Assembly (NCBI GenBank): GCA_964291415.2
Contig: OZ219919.1
Location: 96,001-160,000 of the forward strand
DNA length: 64,000 bases
Source: Alphaproteobacteria bacterium
GTDB taxonomy: Bacteria > Pseudomonadota > Alphaproteobacteria > SP197
Direction: 5' to 3'
The translations under genes were made by a program, and so were the position numbers. Positions within the stretch are counted from its first letter, which is position 1; each line of letters starts with the position of its first letter. This document shows positions 26,314-35,690 of the stretch, piece by piece. The notes under the pieces were generated by a model. That model made no database searches, had not been told where the DNA came from, and saw nothing but the letters and a program-made list of their open reading frames with translations.

Positions 26314-27240
26314 TCAGGGCGAGGGCGCTGGTTTCAACGGAACACAGAGATCGGTCAGCAGATCGGCGAGCGGGGTGTCAAGCGGCGAGTTTCGGTAGAT
26401 CTCCATGTCCGGGCGATCATCGATGTCCTCGCCGCTTTGCGGCAACCACAGCGAATACATCCGCCGATATGCTTCCGCAATGCCGTCGTAGGGACCACGA
26501 TGGGTATAGATGGCGTAGCGCCCGGCAGGCAACGTGTCGAGGGTGATGCCGGGCGGCGGTACCGCGTCGGTTGCGAGTTCGAGGCAGGCATCGGAACGCA
26601 GGTTCTCTGGCGCAACATCGCCGGGATCGTCGAACGAGAGGGTGAGAATGCGTCCAGGCGTCGCGCCGACGCTTGCCGCCCACGCGAACAGGCGGTGGAA
26701 GCACGGGCCTACTTCGTCGTAGGGGCCGACATGGCGAATGCGGGCCACGCTGATGTCTTCGATGGTCTCGATGCGGATATCCATGTTGATGTCTCCTGTT
26801 GGCAGATCGATGTCCAGGCGTCCGGCGCCAGGGTCGTACCTGACCCGTGACGCCGGACCAGCAAGGGACGGAGGCGTTGAGACCGTGCGGTAGCGGCCCG
26901 GGCTCATCCCGCAGGCGCGGCGGAACGCTCTCGAAAAGGCCTCGGCCGAGTTGTAGCCCGCGTCCAGGGCAACATCGAGCACGTCGACGCTCTCATGACG
27001 AAGGCGCCAGGCGGCCCTCTCCAGACGCAACCGCCGCACGAGGCCGGCAATCGAATCGCCGGTCATGGCGCGGAACATGCGCTGGCAATGGAAACGAGAG
27101 AATGCCGCTTCGGCAGCCACTTCCTCGACCGTCCACGGATGATCGAGGCGCTCTGCAACGGCTTCAAGAGCCCGGATCAGCCGGCGGTGGGTCACGGAAC
27201 GCATGAGCCCAGCGTCGCACGGATCCCGCACCATGGGCAT
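26314..27240 (-). CDS. AraC family regulator with GyrI-like effector domain
   Basis: FSRFHCQRMF, RRLRLERAA, GYNSAEAFSRAF helix-turn-helix; RHVGPY, HRGPYD, WLPQSG, EIYRNSP. Confidence 0.92.
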   Translation of the reverse strand: MPMVRDPCDAGLMRSVTHRRLIRALEAVAERLDHPWTVEEVAAEAAFSRFHCQRMFRAMTGDSIAGLVRRLRLERAAWRLRHESVDVLDVALDAGYNSAEAFSRAFRRACGMSPGRYRTVSTPPSLAGPASRVRYDPGAGRLDIDLPTGDINMDIRIETIEDISVARIRHVGPYDEVGPCFHRLFAWAASVGATPGRILTLSFDDPGDVAPENLRSDACLELATDAVPPPGITLDTLPAGRYAIYTHRGPYDGIAEAYRRMYSLWLPQSGEDIDDRPDMEIYRNSPLDTPLADLLTDLCVPLKPAPSP

Positions 27241-27275
27241 GACCGGATGTGCGGTTCTTCATCGATTGCCCGGTC

Positions 27276-28958
27276 TCAGGCTTTCGAGAAGAGATCCTTC
27301 CTCAGACTCTGGATGGCGTCGGGATCGACGTCGACATGGATGACGGCCGGCTTGCCCGACTCGAGAGCGGATGAGAGGGCCCGGGCAGTCTCGCCCGGCC
27401 GCCTGACGCGCCAGCCGTTGGCGCCGACGAGCCGGGCGTAGTCGGCGAAGGGAGGATTGAGGAGATCGGCGCCCATGTAGCGCCCTCCGAAGAAATCTCG
27501 CTGGTAGGCCTTTTCGGCGCCCCAGGCGCGGTTGTCGAGAACGACCGCAACCACCGGAAGATCATGCTGCACGGCTGTCGTCAGCTCGATCATGGTGAGA
27601 CCGAATCCACCATCGCCCATGATGGCGATCACCGGGGAACCGGGTGCTGCCGCCTGTGCCCCCAGGGCAGCGGCATAGCCGAAACCCACGAGTCCGAAAT
27701 CGAGCGGTGTCACGAGACCCGGGCAGCGACCGAACCTAAGGCGATCGGCGGCCTGCAGGCAGACGGCGCCGGTATCGAGAGTGACGATCGCATCCCGGGG
27801 AAGCGTTTCGCGGATCTCTCCCAGCACTCTCGCCGGCGAGAGCGGCATTCCCGTCAGCCGGGCTTCGCCTTCGCGCTCGGCCTCGATGAGGCGTCGTTCG
27901 TCGTGAAAGGCCCTTGTCCAGGCCTGCCAGCGCGCTGTCTCCGGAACAGCCGCCTGAAAGGCACGGGCCGCCTCACCGGCATCGGCGACAATGCCCAGCG
28001 CCACCGGAAAGTGACGCCCGAGCGCCATGGCATCGATATCGACCTGCACGATGGCTGCGTCCAGGTTCAGGTAATCGGCGCTGTGAAAGGTCGAGTTGAA
28101 TCCAAGGCGGGTTCCAAGCGCCAGGATGACATCGGCTTCGCGCGTGAGCCTGGAGGCGAGACGGTTGCCGCGCGGACCCGCCTGGCCGGCCAGCAGCGGG
28201 TGGTCCGTCGCCAGCACGTCGTGGTGGCCGGTCGCGGCAACGACGGGGACGTCGAGTGCACGGGCAAGACAATCGAGCTCGGCCGATCCCCTCGCCCACT
28301 TCACGCCGCCACCGGCCACGATCACCGGCCGCTCCGCGGCGGCGAGCAGCTCCTTCACCTGTTGGATGTGCGCCTCCGCCGGCGCCCCCGCCGTGACGGG
28401 CCCGGAAGGTTTCGGCAGGTTCCCGGAAACCGATGACGCGAAGAGGTCCCGCGGCACGTGGAGGACGACGGGGCCGCTCCTGCCCGTCATGGCAACACGC
28501 AGCGCTTCGTTGAGAAGTTCGCAAAGCCGATCGGCATGCGGAACCCGGATCGAGCGCTTGGTGACGGGCGCCAGGAGGGCCTCCTGGTCAATTTCCTGGA
28601 AGGTGTCGCGCCCTGACTGGCTGCGCGAGATGGCGCCGGCAATGGCCACCACCGGAGAATAGGCGAGGTGAGCCTCCGCAAGGGCCGTCGCCAGATTGGC
28701 AACACCGGGGCCGGCCTGGGCGCCGAGCACCACGCCCGGCCCGCCTGTCAGGCGTGCCGCGGCATCTGCCATGTGACCGGCTGCCCGCTCGTCGCGGGAG
28801 CCGATGTAGGAGATGGGGGAATCGTGAAGCGCATCGAGGAGTTCGAGCATCGAGCCGCCGATGACCCCAAAGACCGTGTCGACGCCGGCACGTTCGAGAA
28901 CACGCGCCACCGCCTCACCGGCGCCCATGCGCGAAGGGGCCGGCATCACAGGCTCCAC
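27276..28958 (-). CDS. Thiamine diphosphate enzyme, sulfoacetaldehyde acetyltransferase (Xsc)/acetolactate synthase-like
   Basis: AQAGPG, FQEIDQ, ALGTRL, GDGGF...DNRAWGAEK ThDP motif; the WGAEK segment resembles Xsc. Confidence 0.8.
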   Translation of the reverse strand: MEPVMPAPSRMGAGEAVARVLERAGVDTVFGVIGGSMLELLDALHDSPISYIGSRDERAAGHMADAAARLTGGPGVVLGAQAGPGVANLATALAEAHLAYSPVVAIAGAISRSQSGRDTFQEIDQEALLAPVTKRSIRVPHADRLCELLNEALRVAMTGRSGPVVLHVPRDLFASSVSGNLPKPSGPVTAGAPAEAHIQQVKELLAAAERPVIVAGGGVKWARGSAELDCLARALDVPVVAATGHHDVLATDHPLLAGQAGPRGNRLASRLTREADVILALGTRLGFNSTFHSADYLNLDAAIVQVDIDAMALGRHFPVALGIVADAGEAARAFQAAVPETARWQAWTRAFHDERRLIEAEREGEARLTGMPLSPARVLGEIRETLPRDAIVTLDTGAVCLQAADRLRFGRCPGLVTPLDFGLVGFGYAAALGAQAAAPGSPVIAIMGDGGFGLTMIELTTAVQHDLPVVAVVLDNRAWGAEKAYQRDFFGGRYMGADLLNPPFADYARLVGANGWRVRRPGETARALSSALESGKPAVIHVDVDPDAIQSLRKDLFSKA

Positions 28959-30883
28959 GCGGCCTCAAGTCCCTCGAGTACCGCCTCTTCGGCGCTTCTC
29001 GGCGCGAGGCAGTCGCCGATCCGCACGAAGGGCCGGCCGGCAGCCTCGAGACCCAGGCCGAGATCGTCGTGTGGAACAGGGCCAAGTGACAGCACCAGGG
29101 AATCCATCTCATCAAGGATGATCGCCTCGTCCGTCAGCGTATCCTGAAAGTAGGCCACGTCATCGTCGGCGCCAAAGAGGCGCGCGTGGGTGATGATGTC
29201 GACGCCCAGCCTGCGCAGCCGCCCGACATGGTGGTTGCGGACATAGAGCTGGAGAAGTTCCCCTGCCATGGCGCCATTGACCACGAGACGCACCCTGTGG
29301 CCTGCCTCGGCCAGCTTTTCCGCCAGGCCAGGCCCGGTCCAGTCGGCGCGTCCGTCGGCAATCACGACGGAATGACCGACGTTGGCACCGTCGAGCAGTG
29401 CGATGGCTTCCACGACATGAGCCTCGCCCTCGATGGGCGGTCTCCACGGCCGGGCGCCGGTGGCCACGATGACGGCGTCGGGTTCGCACTCTTCGACGAG
29501 GCGAGGAGTCACCGTCGATCCGGTGCGGATCTCCGCGCCGGCGCTGCGGGCTTCGCGTTCGAGGTTCTGCACCAGACCGCCGAACTCCGCTCGGCCGGGA
29601 AGCATGGCGGCATGACACGCCTGTCCCCCCGGCACATCTCCCGCCTCGTGCAACGTGACACGGTGCCCTCGCGCGGCGGCCACCGCCGCCGCCTTGAGCC
29701 CGGCCGGACCGCCTCCTGCCACCATGACGGACCGGGCGATGCGGGAAGGCAGACACGTGCCGTAACGGCGTTCGCGCCCGGAGGCGGGATTCTGGATGCA
29801 GGAAATCGCAACGCCCTTGTGCGAGTGCCCGATACAGGCCTGGTTGCAGGCAATGCAGGCACGGATATCGTCAAAGCGCCCTTCACGAGCCTTCAGCGCC
29901 ATGGCGGGATCCGAGATCATCGCCCGGGTCATGCCACAGAGATCCGCGTCGCCTGACGCCAGGATGCCCTCCGCGATCTGCGGCTGGTTGATGCGCCCGG
30001 TGGCGATCACCGGCACTCCGGAGGCCTCCTTCACCCTCCGGGCAAGGGGAGCGATGTAGCCAGCCGGAATACCCATGGGCGCGGCGATGTGGATCGAGGC
30101 GCCGAGAGTCGACGACATGCCGGCGACGACGCTGATGTAGTCAAGGCGGTGCGCCAGAGCCCCTCCGATTTTTTCGACATCATCTGCGGTGAGGCCCTGG
30201 GCCGGGTCGAGTTCGTCGCCGGAAATCCGCATGCCGAGCGTTGCATCACCGATTGCGGCACGCATCGCCGACAGCGTTTCCTCGACGAACCGAAGACGCC
30301 TGTCGAAAGACCCTCCCCATGCGTCATTGCGGAGATTGAGCCGAGGATTGAGAAACTGCGCCGGCAGGTAGCCGTGGCTGGCGACCAGTTCCACACCGTC
30401 AAGGCCGGCCTCGGCAAGGTATCCGGCGCCCCGGGCGAATCCCTCGATCACCTCCTCGATGAGGGCGCCGGACATGGCCCGCGGCATGATGTGAAAGCGC
30501 TCGTTGGCAACCGGGGACGGAGCCACGGCGGCGGCCATGAGACCATCGGTGCGGGCCTGGACTTCCCGGCCCGGATGGAACAGCTGGCCGAAGAGCCGCG
30601 CTCCATGCCGTTGCACCGCGCCGGCGAGGCGCCGGTATCCCGGGACGCAGTCCGCCGAACGGGCATCGAGGCAGTTGGCGGCAAAGACGCCGGTGTCGTG
30701 GATGGTGGCGATCTCGGCGACGATGAGACCGGCGCCACCGGCTGCCCGTGCCTCGTGGTAGGCTACGAGATCGTCGCTCACCAGCCCGTCGGCAAGATGG
30801 GTGTGATGACCGGTGAAGACGATCCGGTTTCGGATCTCCGTCCTGGCGATCGTCACGGGCGAAAACAGGTGGGGCAGCGTCAT
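28946..30883 (-). CDS. NADH:flavin oxidoreductase (old yellow enzyme barrel + FeS + FAD domain; StcD/DgcA-like)
   Basis: LFSP...IRNRI, QLFHPGR, SHGYLPAQFL, CIACNQAC, GGGPAGL, ATGA; ATG overlaps MttB stop. Confidence 0.88.
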   Translation of the reverse strand: MTLPHLFSPVTIARTEIRNRIVFTGHHTHLADGLVSDDLVAYHEARAAGGAGLIVAEIATIHDTGVFAANCLDARSADCVPGYRRLAGAVQRHGARLFGQLFHPGREVQARTDGLMAAAVAPSPVANERFHIMPRAMSGALIEEVIEGFARGAGYLAEAGLDGVELVASHGYLPAQFLNPRLNLRNDAWGGSFDRRLRFVEETLSAMRAAIGDATLGMRISGDELDPAQGLTADDVEKIGGALAHRLDYISVVAGMSSTLGASIHIAAPMGIPAGYIAPLARRVKEASGVPVIATGRINQPQIAEGILASGDADLCGMTRAMISDPAMALKAREGRFDDIRACIACNQACIGHSHKGVAISCIQNPASGRERRYGTCLPSRIARSVMVAGGGPAGLKAAAVAAARGHRVTLHEAGDVPGGQACHAAMLPGRAEFGGLVQNLEREARSAGAEIRTGSTVTPRLVEECEPDAVIVATGARPWRPPIEGEAHVVEAIALLDGANVGHSVVIADGRADWTGPGLAEKLAEAGHRVRLVVNGAMAGELLQLYVRNHHVGRLRRLGVDIITHARLFGADDDVAYFQDTLTDEAIILDEMDSLVLSLGPVPHDDLGLGLEAAGRPFVRIGDCLAPRSAEEAVLEGLEAAWSL

Positions 30884-32409
30884 GGCGGATGAACGGCGTC
30901 CGGCTGCAGGTGTATCGGAAAGCGCTCGCGCAGGCGCCGGTCGAGCGCCGGGGAAAAGTGCCCCGTCCGGTGATCCCGGAGGATCCGCCGGGCTTCCCGG
31001 CGCGCCTTCTCCCGGATGTCGAGCGCACCGGCCTCCTCCCACGCGCCGGGCGGTTGCCGGTCCGCCAGACGGGGGTAGAGGTAGTCCCGGGTCATGGCAC
31101 CAAGGGTCTGTGAGTGGCCCAGATAGTGGCCCTCTCCGGTCACCACCTCGTTGACGGTATCGACCGACAGCGTGTCGTCGTTGACCTCGATGCCGCGGAC
31201 CGTCCGCATGATGGCGCCGAGCATGTCGTTGTCGATGATGTAGCTCTCCGGAGCGGCGCCGAGCAGGCTTGCGTGCATGCCGCAACTCTGGGTGATCATC
31301 GAACAGCCCGCCTGGGCGGCGAGGGTGACAGCACAGGCCTTCTCGTAGCCGGACTGGGCATCGGGAACCTTGGAATCCGTGATGCCGGCCATGACGCTGC
31401 ACGGCAGGCCGTAGTGACGGGCCATCTGGGTCGCGGCGGCGGCGGCGACCGCCTGTTCCCCGCTGCCACCGCACATGGCGCCGGTGCGCAGGTCCGAGAC
31501 CAGGGGCTTGGGCCCGATGATGGCGACGCAATCGGGATCGATGAGGTGGCAGTAGACCAGCCCGGCAAGTGCCTCGGCCACCGCCTGGGCCACCGCCCCC
31601 GCCAGGGTCGCCGGCGCCGTGGCGCCGGCCTGTCCGGCGGAAACCAGCATCACGGGCATGCCAAGAGGTATGGCCCGTTCGAGAACCCACAAGGCCTCCT
31701 CGGCAAAGCGAAGGGGAGGAACCACATGGCACGAGAGCAGCATGGCAAAGGGTCGCTGGCGATACCGGCCCTCACCGCCGGCAATGGCGTCGAGGAGCCC
31801 GACGACAGCCTCGACATTGCGGGCTTCGGTGATGCTGGTCCCGACATGCTTGGCGGTGCCGGCGAGAATGGCGTAGGCCGTGTTGATGTCGAAGGCGAGA
31901 GGATCCTCGATATCGCAGGCGACGAGCGAGCGATCGTAGAAGTGAATGTTCTCGAGGGTATCGACGATGCGGGCGACATCGTGGAGATCCCGGACCGTGG
32001 CACTCCGGTAGCGCCCCGTCTCCAGATCGACGATGTTGGGCGACGCACCACCCGATCCGAAGTGAACCCGTCCGTCGGCAATGTCGAGGTCATGGTCACG
32101 GGTCTGCCCCCAGGCGACAAAGGAACGCCGGCCGCACCGCAGCACCTCCTCGACGAGGGATGCCGGAAAGTGGAGCCGTCCGTTGCCGCAGACCCTGCCG
32201 CCCCGTTGGGTAACACGCTCGACCATCGGGGGAATGGCGCCCGAGAACCCGACTTCTTCCATCAGCCGCATTACGCAACGATGGATTGCCGTCACATCAC
32301 TGTCAGAGAGCGGTCTGTAGCAACCGCCCGGGCAACCGGGCGACACCGCGGCAGCCGGCGCCTGACGGCGCTCCTCCATGCGGCGGTCCCGACCGCGCCG
32401 CCGGGTCAT
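30880..32409 (-). CDS. Trimethylamine methyltransferase (MttB) family, non-pyrrolysine
   Basis: GSGGASP, AGATAPATLAG, SDLRTGA, DSKVPDAQSGYE, GEGHYLG; no in-frame amber codon. Confidence 0.9.
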   Translation of the reverse strand: MTRRRGRDRRMEERRQAPAAAVSPGCPGGCYRPLSDSDVTAIHRCVMRLMEEVGFSGAIPPMVERVTQRGGRVCGNGRLHFPASLVEEVLRCGRRSFVAWGQTRDHDLDIADGRVHFGSGGASPNIVDLETGRYRSATVRDLHDVARIVDTLENIHFYDRSLVACDIEDPLAFDINTAYAILAGTAKHVGTSITEARNVEAVVGLLDAIAGGEGRYRQRPFAMLLSCHVVPPLRFAEEALWVLERAIPLGMPVMLVSAGQAGATAPATLAGAVAQAVAEALAGLVYCHLIDPDCVAIIGPKPLVSDLRTGAMCGGSGEQAVAAAAATQMARHYGLPCSVMAGITDSKVPDAQSGYEKACAVTLAAQAGCSMITQSCGMHASLLGAAPESYIIDNDMLGAIMRTVRGIEVNDDTLSVDTVNEVVTGEGHYLGHSQTLGAMTRDYLYPRLADRQPPGAWEEAGALDIREKARREARRILRDHRTGHFSPALDRRLRERFPIHLQPDAVHPP

Positions 32410-32605
32410 GCGACGCCGCACCTCCCGGCAGCGGGACGGAGAACGACACCACCGAAGTGGTCCTGAAGCAGAACGCGAATCACGCGCAGCTCCGTCAATG
32501 GCGATTGCAAGTATCGCCGCGTCATCCGTCAATGCAATGCCCGTTCGCACCTTGCCGTGGGAAGAATTCACAGACACCATCACCCGTCCGAGCCTGGAGA
32601 CCGCC

Positions 32606-33742
32606 ATGACCGGCCCTTCCATCAACCGCCACCTGACGGGAGAAAGCCGGTGGCGCCTGGCGACACCGGCCCTGGTGCTGGATCTCGATGCATTCGAACA
32701 CAACATCAGCGCCCTGGCAGGACACTTCGCCCGGACACCTGCCGGCTGGCGGCCCCACGCCAAGACCCACAAGTGTGCGGAGATCGCACGGCGCCAGCTC
32801 GATGCCGGAGCGACCGGAATCTGTGTCGCCAAGCTCGGCGAGGCCGACGCCCTCGTCCGCGAGGGTATCGGCCGCATCCTCATCACCTCGCCCATCGTCA
32901 CAGACGACAAGCTCGAACAGGTCCTGGCGCTCAATGACACGGCCGAGGAGCTGATCCTCGTGGTCGACAACACCACGGTTGCCGATCGCCTCGCGTCCCT
33001 CGCCGCCGGTCGCCAGAAACCGATGAGGGTTGTCATCGATCTCGGCATCGGTCTCAACCGCACCGGAGTCTCCTCCGTTGCGGATGCCGTGGCGCTGGCA
33101 GGAGAGATCGTGCGCCGGCCCTCGCTCGACCTCGCCGGAATGCAGTGCTACGCCGGCGATATCCAGCACATTGCCGACTGCGCCACGCGCGAGAGGGAGG
33201 CCGCCGAGGTAGCTGCCTACATCGACGAGACACGGCGCGCCATCACCGCGGTCGCCGGTCCTCCCGCAATCGTCACCGGCGGCGGCACAGGTACCTATGA
33301 CCATGACTCCGGCTGCGGTGTCTTCACCGACATCCAGGTGGGCTCGGCGATCTTCATGGATGTGGAGTACAACGCCGTGATACGCCAGGATGGCACCGCC
33401 GGCCCCTTCCGGACCGCGCTTTTCGTACAGTCGACGGTGATCTCGGCCAACGTGGCCGGCGCCGCCACCATCGATGCGGGCATCAAGGCCTTTGCCACGG
33501 ACGGACCGGTGCCGGACGTCGCCGGCGGCGCCCCGGAGGGATCACTCTACGAATTCATGGGGGACGAGCACGGCAGGATCGTCGTCCGGCCGGGCGCCAA
33601 TGGACCCGCCGTCGGCGACGTCGTGACATGCGTCACGCCCCACTGCGATCCCACGGTCAACCTCCACGACGTCTACCACTGCGTCCGCGGCGACCGTCTC
33701 GTCGACATCTGGCCCATCGAGGGCCGCGGCCGCACCTGGTAG
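32606..33742 (+). CDS. DSD1/D-threonine aldolase family PLP enzyme
   Basis: RPHAKTHKC PLP lysine, RTGV, TGGGTGT, DAGIKA, DEHG, HCDPTVNLHD. Confidence 0.9.
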   Translation: MTGPSINRHLTGESRWRLATPALVLDLDAFEHNISALAGHFARTPAGWRPHAKTHKCAEIARRQLDAGATGICVAKLGEADALVREGIGRILITSPIVTDDKLEQVLALNDTAEELILVVDNTTVADRLASLAAGRQKPMRVVIDLGIGLNRTGVSSVADAVALAGEIVRRPSLDLAGMQCYAGDIQHIADCATREREAAEVAAYIDETRRAITAVAGPPAIVTGGGTGTYDHDSGCGVFTDIQVGSAIFMDVEYNAVIRQDGTAGPFRTALFVQSTVISANVAGAATIDAGIKAFATDGPVPDVAGGAPEGSLYEFMGDEHGRIVVRPGANGPAVGDVVTCVTPHCDPTVNLHDVYHCVRGDRLVDIWPIEGRGRTW

Positions 33743-33853
33743 GCCGAATCCGCACGACTCGATCGCCAACGCGCTGTCATGCACCCCCAGCCACGTTCGC
33801 GTGATCCCGATCCCGAGTTTGTCTGCGAGGAATGTCCTGGCCCCGGCCCGGCA

Positions 33854-34255
33854 TCACGCGAACGGAGCCACCCCCTCTGCCGCCGCGGCTTCGTTCAGGC
33901 GCCGGTCGAGGCTCGCCAGCGCGCACCCTTCGCGGATTGCGAGCTCCAGGTAGCTGGCGTCGTAGGCAGTCAGGTGGTGGGCGCGTGCCAGTGCCAGTAG
34001 CGCGCTGTCGTCGGTTTCGTCCACAAGCTGAATGCGAAGCCGGCGCAGCCGCATCATGCAGGTTTCGGCGTAGCCTCCGGCGATACGTCCACGACGCTCG
34101 GCCGAAAGAAGCAGGTTGCGCAACTCGTGCCAAAACGCGCCCGGAACCTTTGCCGTCTCTTCGTCCAGCCGCTCCAGCGCAAGGTCGGCGAGCGTTGCCT
34201 GTTCGTCCGGCAGAACCCAGGCGGCCACCACCGAGGCATCGGAAACAAACGCCAT
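33854..34255 (-). CDS. vapC: VapC/PIN toxin
   Basis: FVSDAS...PDE, HELRN, LTAYDASYLELA, LASLD. Confidence 0.9.
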   Translation of the reverse strand: MAFVSDASVVAAWVLPDEQATLADLALERLDEETAKVPGAFWHELRNLLLSAERRGRIAGGYAETCMMRLRRLRIQLVDETDDSALLALARAHHLTAYDASYLELAIREGCALASLDRRLNEAAAAEGVAPFA

Positions 34256-34497
34256 CAGCGCGTGTGCCCCTCGTGACGCCACGACAGGATCTCGGCTGTC
34301 GTCACCGCCTTTTGTTTCGCCCGTTCCCGGCGCAATGTCGCGCTCAGCGCGGCATGCTCGTCTGCTTCGGTAATCCGCGTCACGTGGGCGATCGGCGTCG
34401 CGCCGCGGCAGATCACCAGATCTTCACCGGCTTCCACGTCCACCAGCAATGCAGACAGATGCGTCTTCGCTTCGCCGATCTTCACACGTCGTGCCAC
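34255..34497 (-). CDS. Phd/YefM-type antitoxin
   Basis: VKIGEAKTHLSALL..VEAGE..VICR..PIA; stop overlaps vapC start; direct repeat CTTGGTC twice at about 34565-34583 upstream. Confidence 0.88.
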   Translation of the reverse strand: MARRVKIGEAKTHLSALLVDVEAGEDLVICRGATPIAHVTRITEADEHAALSATLRRERAKQKAVTTAEILSWRHEGHTR

Positions 34498-34673
34498 TGT
34501 CTTTCGCTCCTTGCCCGATATGCAGCGGTAGCCTCGCAATCCAGCAGCATAGCTCACGCACGATCTTGGTCAAGCACTTGGTCGCCCCACTCGCTCGCGT
34601 GACCGGTCGATCAGGCGCGACCATGTGAACCGTCCCAACAGGGATCACGACAGCATCCGGTCGTGCCTGGCCG

Positions 34674-35690
34674 TCAGCGGTCGATGAGGTCGCGGATGGC
34701 CTCGTCGAGGAAGTCGTGGAAGGCCGGAACAGCATGGCCGCTGGCCACGCAATGTCCCCAGACCGTCGGATAGACCCTGAGTTCGGCGTCGGGCATGCCC
34801 TTGACCTCGATCTCGCTGTCCTCGGGCGGGAAGTAGAGGTCGGTTGACGAGGGCATGACGATGGCCCGCGGCGTGATGGCGCCAAGCGCGCGGGCGAAAT
34901 CGCCGCCATGGAGGTGATTGGCGCTGATGTCGCCCTTCTGCCAGGTCCAGAGCTTGTGAAGCAGGTTGTTGGCGTCCCAGTTGTCGACATGGTCGGCCTC
35001 CCAGTCGGCAAGGACGTCCTCGATGCTCTCGAAACCGAGATCGCGGTAGTGGGCCTCGCGGTACCATGTCTGCGAATAGGCCCAGCCGGCGTAGACCCGG
35101 CCGAAGGCCTTGAGACCGGTGACCGGCTGCTCCGTGTAATCGCCGCCCGACCACGTTGCATCGGCGGTGAGTGCGGCCTTGACGCCTTCGAGGAAGACGA
35201 TGTTGTGGGGCGATGTCCGCGCCGATCCGCAGAAAGGCAGGATGGCGTCGACCATGTCGGGATACTGGGCGCCCCACTGGAAGGACTGGCAGCCTCCCAT
35301 GGACCAGCCGGTGACAAGGCGCAGGCGGGAGACCCCCAGCGCCTCCGTCAACAGCCGGCGCTGGCAGGCGACATTGTCGAAGAAGGTGGTCCGCGGAAAT
35401 CGCGGACCGTCCTGGGGGGCGGGATGATTGTCCGGCGACGACGACAGCCCGTTGCCGAAAAGGTCGATCGAGACGATGAAGTGCCGTGCCGGATCAAGCG
35501 CGCGCCCGGCACCGAAGTAGGCCTCGTTGTTGCGGTGGGTGCCCGTGTAGTAGGTGGGAATGAGAACCGCGTTGTCACCGGCCCGGTTCAGTGTGCCCCA
35601 GGTACGGTAGGCAAGGTGTGCGCCCTTGAGAATCTCCCCCGACTGCAGCGTGACGTCACCAGGGGACCACGTCTCGAAGGAGGCGGCCAT
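34674..35690 (-). CDS. Homoserine acetyltransferase-like alpha/beta hydrolase
   Basis: LAYRTWGTLN, GNGLSSSP, DNV..Q, GWSMGG nucleophile, DLYFP, WGH. Confidence 0.85.
   Translation of the reverse strand: MAASFETWSPGDVTLQSGEILKGAHLAYRTWGTLNRAGDNAVLIPTYYTGTHRNNEAYFGAGRALDPARHFIVSIDLFGNGLSSSPDNHPAPQDGPRFPRTTFFDNVACQRRLLTEALGVSRLRLVTGWSMGGCQSFQWGAQYPDMVDAILPFCGSARTSPHNIVFLEGVKAALTADATWSGGDYTEQPVTGLKAFGRVYAGWAYSQTWYREAHYRDLGFESIEDVLADWEADHVDNWDANNLLHKLWTWQKGDISANHLHGGDFARALGAITPRAIVMPSSTDLYFPPEDSEIEVKGMPDAELRVYPTVWGHCVASGHAVPAFHDFLDEAIRDLIDR

Noticed and set aside
28946-33063. Apparent 928-aa and 727-aa proteins
   Set aside because: N-terminal extensions run through neighbouring genes; family-consistent starts are 30883 and 32409.
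33743-34673. Flank-duplication scars around vapBC like those at loci 1 and 2
   Set aside because: Only chance-level similarity to the neighbouring gene ends could be seen by eye.
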